DNA of 63,874 nucleotides, counting the filler, from Collodictyon triciliatum (taxonomy: Eukaryota), in the NCBI GenBank assembly GCA_043381765.1. It is 15 parts of 15 records of this genome, joined end to end, with 100 filler letters (N's around TTAATTAATTAA, not from the genome) between each part and the next. Parts side by side here need not be neighbours in the genome. Positions count along the whole stretch, not along the records: positions 53,717 to 57,843 come from JBHJMP010006483.1; positions 57,944 to 62,062 come from JBHJMP010006484.1; positions 62,163 to 63,874 come from JBHJMP010006557.1; 12 more parts are not named here. One strand, 5' to 3'. Each line of letters starts with the position of its first letter. The stretch's first letter is position 1. The position numbers were made by a program, and so were the translations under genes. The notes under the pieces were generated by a model. The model saw only the letters and a list, made by a program, of their open reading frames with translations, was not told the origin of the DNA and did no database searches. Shown one piece after another: positions 53,717-63,874 of the stretch.

Positions 53717-56700
53717 GGCCCGATGGGTCCAAGTCGAATCCAAGATGATAACTCATGAGACTTTCCGAGTGCTGATTGATACAGAGAAGGGGTTAAATCC
53801 GAACAGCAGGTGGAAGGCCAGCATCAGCGGCCATGAAACACTGGGCGTACCTTTCCTAACTTCTTGTATGCACGGGATAATAGGAAGTGCGCTTTTGCCT
53901 CGCGAGGGTATATGGACGTTAAGACTTCGAGCTCTTGGGCACATTCCTTCCATATTTTCACATATACATTTTTTGATATTTAGACGACATATGATATTGG
54001 TGCAGGGGATGAGTCATTCTATCAATAATGGTCTGTAGGGGCTGGGCACAATGAATTTTAAATGCCATGAAAGAAAAACGAAAAATAAATAGAGAAAAGA
54101 AACAGATGGATAAGAAAATTTCCGCCTCAGTTCTGATTACCGCGAATCTATTCAAGCAATATAGTGTGTGCGCTTTGGTGAATCGCGCCAGACTATTCTT
54201 CGACTGCAGCTGAAGGGCCTGGTCCAGCATCACTAAAGCCTCATTTTTGCGTGTGGGGATCCTACTTAAAAGCTGTTTCAAATAGGTCTGTGTTATGGTT
54301 CAACCTATGTGTGTCGAAGCTTTGAGCGATACAATAACTCTCGATGTACACACATTTGCAACAAATAGAATTCCAAGAGAAATTACCATTCCTAGCATGT
54401 TGAAAACGTATGATGATTTGTGAATTGTCAGTACTTTATTATAGTGAAACTCTGCAAGATTTAAGTCATCTTGCGTGAGGTATACTTGCCCAATCCCCAA
54501 CCTATCAAATATCCGGGTATTAGGATTACATAGATTTTGTTTGTTTGTTTGTTTGTTTGTTTGTTTGTTTTTATGCATTTTTTTTTGTTATTTTTTAGTT
54601 CGATTGTGCAATACTTTCATTAGTAAAAGCTTAAAAAAAAAATGTCAAATTTCTGAAAAATTGTTTGCTAATCATACCATGCACGGTAATGGCGAGGGTC
54701 TATTGATATCGCCTTTCGAAAATATATCATGGACTTTTCGTACTCTTTGGTAACATAATATTCCAAACCAATTAAAGTGTATGGATAGGCATAGTATGGG
54801 TCCAGTTGAATCGCACGTTTGAACATTTTGATTGCATTTGCATGCTCCCGCTGTAGTCCTAGGCAGTTTCCAGCAATGCACCAAGATTCTGGCGAAAGTC
54901 TATCGGAGTCAACCACCTTAAAACAGTATGCAGTTCTTATTATTAACCGACTGGTTCATTATATCGCACGATTCTTACATCATAATAAGGTTCTGGGCGA
55001 GCAAATATAATATGGAATAGGTGGCAAATTCAGCTTGGGAAAATGCTGCGTAGATTCACTCGATTCAGGCAGCTTAATGGTCAAAAGAAAAAAAAAGTAC
55101 CTGATTAGCTAAATGTGTCAAGTCTATGTCCTTGTTAAGCTTATATAAGGTTGTGGAATACAAATCCAAGTCTCGGATTCTTGATGGATCAAGCCGACGT
55201 GCTTCCCGGAAAGAGTGGTTAGCCTGTTTGGTTGATGTTAGTCGAGAGCTGCCAGGCAAAGCATCCACAGGATTAGTTTTGAGTTTTGTAGGGAAAAGCG
55301 GGGTACTCCCGAAATGTTCCCATCGTATGAAATGCATACCTTTTCGTATTCTTCCATCTCCACATATGCTCGACCGATTTGACATTGAACCCACCCAGTG
55401 TTTTTTTGGTTGGCATCCAAAGCCGTTAGCTCTTCAATAGCCTTGGCACACATATACCTAAATAATTAAAGTTAGCTGCTCTACCAACACATGAAATAAT
55501 AAATCCCGTGTATTGTATTTTACCTAGGAAGAAATGGGTGTCAATAACAAAATAAAAAGAAAATTATTACTAAAATATGTATCATAAAATAATATTGAAT
55601 AGTCTGCTTCTCGAACGTAATGTGTCACTGACTTATTCTGATACATTATTGCGCGGGCGAGGCGCGAATAGAGTGTGCAGACTTCTGCCAGGGAAATTGA
55701 AGCACGAAAAGACAATGTGGCACTGGGACTAGGAGGCTCCTTTTGTTCTGATTTTTTCTGGAAAAAGCTGAATGCAAGTGCCTTTCTTGGGGTTGTTCGC
55801 GTTCTGGATAGTATTTATAATGATATCTTTACAATAAAGCATTTATGCACAAGTTTAAATGAAGAGAAATATTATATATGTATATACAGTTTTGGCATGA
55901 CCAGTGGTCCACAAAATATAGGGGAACATATTATTTTCGTTAAAAAAAAAGGTATATTAAATAATCTTTTAGGAGTTTACTCATTATTTGAATCAACATT
56001 ATATGTTTATGAGTCGCAGTTTTAATTGTGAGATTCGTATGGATAAATATACACGAAGGAAAGAAAAAAGAAGGGGCTCTGTACGTTGGTGTGGTATTTG
56101 TTACGACCGTCGTATCCAGTGACGCAACGGAGAAAAATGACTGCATATAGAGATTAAATAGCGTAGAAAGATGTGAGCGCACATAAATAGGTTGTCGATC
56201 ATTAAATTAGATTTCGCAAATTATGGTATTTATCCAAAATAACTGGGGATATGTAACATTTAAAATGGACTAAAAAAGTCGTGGGAGGGGTCCGACGAGT
56301 CATTGTGAAACCAAATTAGGGGAATGCTTTGTCATTTGTTACACTATTTGTTCGCCCTGGGGACGGAGTGTTTTCAACTGAACTATAATTAAGCCTTGCC
56401 GCCACGTGTGATGGTATTGGATTAGTTGAAGCGAGCAAGTTGGAGCGGTTAGACGGCTAAAAATGATGCATGCATATATTAGAAGATAATAAGATACACA
56501 TCAAAATGAAAAAGTTTGTTTGAATGTTCTTTTAAATCATTCTTTCACAATCAATTTTACCTAAATGAGTATACAAATAGTAAAAATATATAAAAAGCAC
56601 ACATTAGTAAAAGAAAAAATCGTGACGAGCTCAAAATAGAAACTAACCGGTGGGATTCGCGACTGAATTATCGCAGGTATCTGATGGTTCGTTGGGTGTG

Positions 56701-57660
56701 GTGTCGATGGTGTCATCGTCTGGGGTGTTTGGATCAGCGAGATGGGTGTTTGGTTTTGGTTAATCAGCGCGCTGGGCGTGTGTGCATCGACGTACCTTCA
56801 TTTGAGCGGTAGATAAAGTTCATTGTATGCTATTATGATCAAAAATAAAATAATTCATTCAAGCGCGTTTTGGAAAAAAAATTATTTAAATAAACTACAA
56901 CATGTCTTGTTCACATCCTATTTAGCCAATAAAAATGCTACATAGAATGTTCTCGCGTATCTGGTGTTTCAAACTCATCATTTTTGAATATAGCATTTGG
57001 CTGAACGGCCTCTGAAACATCTACAGGAGGCTGATTCACGAGTGCGGATTGTTGGTTATAAGGATGTTCTGGCAAGCACATCATCGAATTGTCCAACGAA
57101 CCTCCTGATGTTTGTATTTAAAAAAAATGTATTGGTTTGCTCGTTGCTCCTTTCTGTTTTAAAACAAATATTAAACAATAAAATATCAAACATTAGCATA
57201 AAAAGAATACGTCAATGACTCTCTGCTCCTTGTGGATGGTAACAGAGATATAAAAAAATTAAATTGAAAAATAAAAATTGAAATTGAAACATTGAATCGG
57301 GTGTCATTCAGATATCTGCATTTATGATTCATCTTTACCCAACTCTGTCAGTTGCTTTACTGCTGTAAAAAGGAAAGGATTTGCTTTGAGTGCCAACTGA
57401 AAGCACTCGATGGCCTGAGCAACATTTCCTAGCCTCCTAATCACGAATGCTATCAGCCATTATAATTTACACGAAGGAGAAATTACATTCATGATGGAGC
57501 GATGCAGATAGCTCACCTGTATGCCATTCCAAGAACTAGTCTTGCTACAGCACCCTCAGGAAGGGAGGCCCCATCCGGCTGAAGTGACTCTTTGGCCTCA
57601 CGCAGTTTGTCGATTCGCAAGGCACACTGGGAAAAGAGAAGCGCAAGAGAATCGGACTCT
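53717..57660 (-). CDS. CDC27: Anaphase-promoting complex subunit 3 (TPR), spliced, partial at both ends
   Basis: AIECFQLALKANPFLF; NTGWVQCQIGRAYVE; YSTTLYKL; DRLSPESWCIAGNCLGLQREHANAIKMFKRAIQLDPYYAYPYTLIG; DPRHYRAW; PREAKAHFLLSRAYKKLG; FDLDP. Confidence 0.93.
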
Positions 57661-57720
57661 ACAAGTGAATAATGGTGATTTTTTCCCTTTTCCCTTTTCC
57701 CTTTTGTTGTTTCATATATC

Positions 57721-57843
57721 TTTTCTTTTTCTTTTTCTTTTTCTTTTTCTTTTTCTTTTTCTTTTTCTTTTTCTTTTTCTTTTTCTTTTTCTTTTTCTTT
57801 TTCTTTTCTTTTTCTTTTTCTTTTTCTTTTTCTTTTTTTTTTT
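57721..57843. repeat. (TTTTTC)n microsatellite at contig end
   Basis: Directly visible. Confidence 0.95.
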
Positions 57844-57943
57844 NNNNNNNNNNNNNNNNNNNNNNNNNNNNNNNNNNNNNNNNNNNNTTAATTAATTAAN
57901 NNNNNNNNNNNNNNNNNNNNNNNNNNNNNNNNNNNNNNNNNNN
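57844..57943. other. Artificial contig linker
   Basis: Core at 57888-57899. Confidence 0.98.
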
Positions 57944-58903
57944 CTACCGCTGGACGTGTGGCCGCAACTCCTTCGTGAGGAGCTGAAGCCGTTCAGACCG
58001 ACCCACGTGGAGATCAAAAAGGACAAAGGCTTCTTCACAGACATAGCCAGTGAAGCTTCTTTGTCATAAGAACCAGCTCCCTGCAAAGTTTACGGTCATG
58101 AGCAAAAAGTGTCCAAAGCGCATCCCCAAAGAGCGTACTCCAGCCGAGAACAACGAATGACAAGTAAAAGCTCCGCAAAAGAATACACCTGCCAAACAGA
58201 CAAGCAGCAACGGGGTCAAGGAAGCCAAGGCCAGGCAACAACATTATCCACATGACTCACAGCAGATACGCGCACACAGCGACAGCGACGATGACATGGA
58301 AGGAAATCTCGGTTCCTCTTCAGAATTCTCGCACTCGAGCACTCCACCGCCAACACCTGACAAGCCCGTACATCGCAAGACCCAAGAGCAGCGCATCTCC
58401 AAACCCCGAATGAAATCCTCCCTTAAACTTCCCATTCAGACTGACGTGAATATGGTTAACGTAGGAGGCATCAAGGCAGTCTTCGTTACTTATCCGATTT
58501 GATACGCCAACGCGAAGGCAACGCAAGAACAAGCGCCCACCAAAGATAGTCCGTTTACCCTGCCCCAGCCCGTCGTACCGAGAACCAAGGAGCAAGAGCA
58601 AACAGCACAAGTCGAATCCAAGCTTAGAACTTCACACACCAAAGACAGTCCGAGCAAGCAGGAGCATATCCTTCTAAAACCACAAACGCGTATCCATACT
58701 CCGGTTAAGCAAAGTCCACTGCCGGCTACGCATGGTTCCGAAACCAGGGGACGGTCAAGCGCCACTTCCGATAATTTCAGACAAACAACGATGTATCGCT
58801 TTTTGTCAGAGTCGCCCAGCAAGAAACGCAAGGAAAGATACGCGTTGTCCCTCAAAAGACTCATCCTGTGGAATGAAATAGGATGTACACCTTTTGTGAG
58901 ATA
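57944..58903 (+). CDS. 3' fragment of a hypothetical disordered nuclear protein with PIP-box-like motif
   Basis: GC-richer open exons rich in S/T-P sites, ending RQTTMYRFL..SPSKKRK. Confidence 0.4.
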
Positions 58904-59509
58904 GACGGTTGAAAGGATTCGTCGGAATCGATTTTCGAAGTAATAGTCATGCGCGTACTTTCATCGACCCGACAACTTTATCCGCTCTTCTGTCAGTCTC
59001 GAATACAACTAGAAATCGCGTTGGAGCTGATTAACTTCGGGTAGGATAGTCTGTGTGTGAGAACACTTCTCTCCTTTCTATTTTCTTTTTTTTTTCTTCC
59101 CAAAAACACAGAAACTCTAACCACACAATCTGGGGATTTCCACTGTCTCGTCCACAGCTCATTATTGTCCTAGAGGCGAAGGCAGTTTCCTTGGCTTTGT
59201 TTTCTCTCAATCGAGTTGTTAGTTGAAACCAAAAAAAAATCTTGATAAAACCCCCCGCAATTATATAAACATAAACAGACGATACATACATCCACTTTTC
59301 TATCGGTGGTTCGGCATTGAAGGTGTGGCCTTTTAGGCGTTCAAGTCAGAGTCACAACACAATCGCGCACCGTCATTCTCCCTCCACCAAAAGCAAACCA
59401 CGCCGTCCAATAACAACGCGCTGTGCTTTCACACGTCAACGCGCACAACCACTGCTCTTTTGCATGAGTCATTTGTCAAACACAGTCGCATAAAGTAAGG
59501 AGCGCTATG

Positions 59510-59617
59510 CAACAAACAAACAAACAAACAAACAAACAAACAAACAAACAAACAAACAAACAAACAAACAAACAAACAAACAAACAAACAAACAAACAAA
59601 CAAACAAACAAACAAAC
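59510..59617. repeat. (CAAA)n microsatellite upstream of the LRR gene
   Basis: Directly visible. Confidence 0.95.
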
Positions 59618-59702
59618 TGAAGCACACAATTCTCTCACAACACTCACAACATCCCCAGAATCCTCAGAATCCGCCCAAGTCGCCTCCCCCACTTCTGCCG
59701 GC

Positions 59703-61452
59703 ATGGACGAACAGACTGCGTCTTTGGAGGAGCTCCGGCGATTCGCGGATGTTTCCGATATTGCCGCGTTGAGAAACTCTTTGAGTCTGAACATCTGCAG
59801 CTGTGATTTGGGATGTTTTCCCTGTGGTGTTTTCTTGCTGGATCATCTGGAGGAACTGAACATCTCTTGGAATCGGCTGTTGTCCCTGCCTCCAGAAATA
59901 TCATGTTTGGCTCGTCTTACTCACCTCAACGTTGGCGACAATCAGATATCATCGCTTCCTGTAGAATTATCAAAAATATCTGGCCTCACACGGCTATATT
60001 TTGGTTACAATAACATGTCAATCCTGCCAACAGAAATATCGTGCTTGACTGGTCTCAGTGACCTTGATGTAGACGGTAATCGCATGTCGTCACTGCCAAC
60101 AGAAATATCGTGTTTGACTGGTCTCATACACCTAAATGCTTGTAAAAATTATCTGTCGTCACTGCCTCACGAAATATCGTGTTTGACTGGTCTCACATAT
60201 CTTGGTATTAGTAGTAATCAGCTGTCATCCCTACCACCAGAGATATCATGTTTAATTGGTCTCAATGTTATTTCTGTTAGTGGCAATCAGCTCTCGTCCC
60301 TGCCACCAGAAATAAAGTGCCTGACTGGACTCACAGAGCTGTGGATTCGTGGCAACCCGGTATGTTTTTATTCATTTGCAATTGTATTTTTATTTACGTT
60401 GAAAACAAAGTGGTCAACAATCATGTGTTTAGATAGAGGAGCTCCCACTGGAAATCACAGCACTCACAAATATGCAAAGTCTGAGTATTACAGACAAGTA
60501 TGGAAGAGCAAACTTGAGGAGAGCGCCGCATGGCATCACAGCTCTTCCAGTGTGGAATAACACAAAAAACAAGAGTTACGAGCAAATTCGAAAGTTGCAG
60601 CTTTGTGAGATGGTAAATATATCGATGATGATACAGACAATTTGCTATATATTTTGAAATACAAAAAACCCCAGCGTAAACCACAAACACAGTTAGAATC
60701 AATCTCGGAGCCAGGATGGACTCCAAAAAGGGAGCAAATCGAATTCCATTCATTCAGCCTATGCAGAAGGAGCCTTACAACTTTGCCAGAGAGCATCACA
60801 CTTCTGAAAAACATGACCTTTTTGAATCTCTCAGAAAATCACGTAATGAACTTCATGAATCAATAACTCAGCGTAGATTTATGTTCACTAAATGCTAATG
60901 CGAATGACATAGCTCACCGACATCCCAGAGCATCTGTTTTGTCTGACTTCTATCAAAGCTCTCGATATTTCAAACAACAGGGTACCATCAAAAATCATTT
61001 ATAATTTTGATATCAATAAGTTAATTGTTCAAATAATTAAACCGGGCAGCCACGTAACACCAACAAGATAACGAGTATTCCTGAGGGTATCAACCGACTC
61101 TGCAATCTCGAATACTTGGATGCTTCGAATAATAAGGTGTTGTAAATTGGAAACAATTGATTAAAAACCATAGCCTCTTTGCATCACGTGGTTCATTTAT
61201 TGAAGCTTGCAGATGATGTGATTGATAAAAATCACCATCTTATCTGTACCTTCTTGCTTTTGAATAAATAATTAGATAATTGAGCTACCACAATTTCACG
61301 GAAATCCAGAGGGCATTACAAGCAAACGAGATTTCAAGACAAATCCAGAGACATCATACCTCACGTTCAAGAAAAGAAAAGAGAACGGAAGAAAAGAAAA
61401 GAATACAGGAAAGAAAGGATTGGAGAAAAGAAAAGACACCGCGTTAGATTAA
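59703..61452 (+). CDS. Cytosolic leucine-rich repeat protein with two LRR blocks (3' end uncertain, may extend to about 62055)
   Basis: About eight 23-aa LRRs (LPxEISCLTGLxxLxxxxNxLSS) in exon 1, a cap exon, then a second LRR block with 69-nt single-repeat exons. Confidence 0.88.
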
Positions 61453-62062
61453 ACTTCGATATTTCCAGCATAGTGTTAGATTCATGCATGAGATGTTTTG
61501 AGACCTTTTCCTATTCTAAAACGACATCGTATCGCACTATCACTGACGCTTGTCTGATAGTCCATTCGTTTCAGATTTATAAAATCATTTTTCTACATTC
61601 GATATTACCTTCAAATGCAAATAAAGAAAGAGAAGCAAACTGATTGATTGAGAAAACCTGATTTGCTTATAATGGGAAAATTATCATGAACTATCAACAT
61701 TCTGACATATTGAAAGGAAGAATAAAAAAAAAATACACTTTCCTCCTTTATTATCACGGTTTGCATAATCCAGGTCTTGGAATTAGAAAAAAAAAATGCC
61801 GCGAAAATATTAATCTGGCCCTTAAGTAACTTTAAGCATATGGAGAAATGGTTCCTCGGGCTAGAAAATGAAAAAGAAAAGACCATGTTTCCTAAAATAC
61901 AGACATGCAATAGGAACTTTGCTGAGATAGAGCAAGAGGCTTCTGTATCATCAAGTCGAGAGAAGGAAACAGCTCCTTCATCCTGCAACAAGTCACATTC
62001 CAAAAGGATGGGAGCTTCGCACCGTCGAAAAATGCAACGATATTTCACTCCTTGAATGCAAC

Positions 62063-62162
62063 NNNNNNNNNNNNNNNNNNNNNNNNNNNNNNNNNNNNNN
62101 NNNNNNTTAATTAATTAANNNNNNNNNNNNNNNNNNNNNNNNNNNNNNNNNNNNNNNNNNNN
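62063..62162. other. Artificial contig linker
   Basis: Core at 62107-62118. Confidence 0.98.
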
Positions 62163-62520
62163 TTTTTACTTTTTTTTTTTAAATCTTGTGTGTTTTCTTT
62201 TTTCTCAAAAAAAAAAAAAAAAAAATTTCATTTGGTTTTTTTTTTTTTTTTCCCCCTCTCCTTTTCTTTTTTTTTCCCCCCCCAAAAACCTTCCCCCCCC
62301 CCCCCCCCCCCCCTTATTCGATTCAAAGAAGACATCCCGTAGTTTATGATTGGACACTAAAGAATTATTTTTTTATCTTACGCACGTGTAAAGGAAGATG
62401 AAATAAAATATTCCCAAGCTTATGATAGAGAAAGAATATAGGAAAATAATTCTTACACTTAAAATTAAGATGCTTTAATCCCACCTCCTGAGTTGTATTT
62501 TAAACGCTGCTTTCGAATAG

Positions 62521-63694
62521 GTGAAGTGTTCTGTCTGTGGTTACGAAAGCAATACATTTGACCCATTTTTAGACCTAAGCCTCGAAGTCAAGAAATCAGA
62601 AACCCTAACGGATTGTTTTAGACAATACACGCTTCCAGAATCGTTACACGGTCAAAACAAATACAATTGTTGCAAGTATTTTTTCATGGATTTTTATTTA
62701 TATAATCAAAAGTAATAACCCCTCCTTATATGGTATCTAGTATACTAACAAACTATTTCCATGTTTCCCATATTGCATCCGAAGGTGCCGAAAACACGTT
62801 AATGCCAGCAAACAGCTTACAATCCATAAAACTCCAAACATCCTTACTGTTCAGTTCAAAAGGTTGTGATTCACTTAATATTTTCTATTATCGATATCGC
62901 AGAAATCTAAACCAAATTAGTAGGTTACAGTCATTTCCATTTGTCCGTTACGTTTACATTTAAGAACATGACTGTCTTTATTCTTTGAAGATTGTGAACT
63001 AAACCAATGTTTGCCATATTATTCGTTCTTTTGTTATTAGATTCGAATACACATATTTATCTGGAGGGAAGATCAATCATTTCATCGAATATCCAGAGAA
63101 ACTCGACATCAAACCATTTTTGAGCAAATCTACAAGAGTCAGTTTACATATATGACAAAATATGCATATTTCTCATGTACTGAATTTATTTTCAAATTTC
63201 TCCCATTCGGTCTCGTATTTTACTAATAATAAAAATAAACACAGACTATTCTGATATTGTTTTTCTTCCCTTGCCTGATCAATATCCACATTTAATTTAT
63301 TTATTCCTTCATGTTTGTATGTAGAATCAAAGTGCGACATATTCTCTATACGGAGTTCTTGTTCACATGGGAAGCACAACTTGCTCTGGCCATTACTATT
63401 GCTTCGCCAAAAGTGCCACTGGAAAATGGCATAAATTTGATGATTCATATGTACGGTTCATTATATATACATCTGTGTTAAATATGAGAAACGTATTGAT
63501 GTAATCAATCAATGTACCTAATTTACTTTTTCCTCTTCCATATTTTCTCCGATTTTCCATTCCCTGATATTGTTGCCTGGAAGTTCAGGTTTCGGCCTCA
63601 AATATCACCACGGCATTAGGACAGAGAGCTTACATACTGTTTTACCAGAAGGATACCCCAGACTCAAATCCACCCACCCCTTCAAATTCAGCCG
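62521..63694 (+). CDS. Ubiquitin-specific protease, USP36/USP42-like catalytic domain (C-terminal half), spliced, partial
   Basis: VKCSVCGYESNTFDPFLDLSLE; ESLHGQNKYNC; ASKQLTIHKTPNILTVQFKRF; YSLYGVLVHMGSTTCSGHYYCF..WHKFDDS; AYILFY. Confidence 0.9.
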
Positions 63695-63778
63695 TAATGC
63701 ATCTTTACGCATACTAAATGGGGGTTTATGTTTACATTTTGTGCAAAAAGAAGATAGAAGCAAAGGACCCGCGAATAT

Positions 63779-63874
<96 letters not shown>
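63779..63874. repeat. (CTA)n microsatellite at window end
   Basis: Directly visible. Confidence 0.95.

Noticed and set aside
63779-63874. Terminal (CTA)n and other end repeats as telomeres
   Set aside because: End motifs differ from contig to contig and the same classes occur inside introns; they are ordinary microsatellites.

Overview
This is eukaryotic DNA from an AT-rich, intron-dense, microsatellite-rich organism, most likely a protist. It is not one locus. It is about 15 separate contigs or scaffolds, almost all 4119-4135 bp, joined by an artificial 100-bp spacer (N44-TTAATTAATTAA-N44), so gene neighbourhood across spacers carries no biological meaning. Recognisable spliced genes, mostly partial: Patched-like SSD/RND protein, BASS4/SLC10A7-type transporter, NEK6/7 kinase, Regnase/N4BP1-type NYN RNase, RING-B-box-coiled-coil (TRIM-like) protein probably ending in Sel1 repeats, divergent Arf-like GTPase, EF-hand protein, LRR-kinase-SAM protein, p24/TMED, WASHC4, GPS-TM protein, CDC27, a multi-LRR protein and a USP36/42-like protease. 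Three intronless elements stand out: (i) a phage/giant-virus/EDM2-type N6-adenine methyltransferase ORF; (ii) a disrupted alpha-arrestin next to it; (iii) a >1370-codon NLR-like NACHT-pentapeptide-WD40 ORF. The N-terminus of (iii) ends in a ubiquitin-like LFGG immediately followed by a cryptic myristoylation motif (GSSLS), my best candidate for an undescribed mechanism. All homology calls come from motif recognition by eye, and boundaries of spliced genes are approximate.
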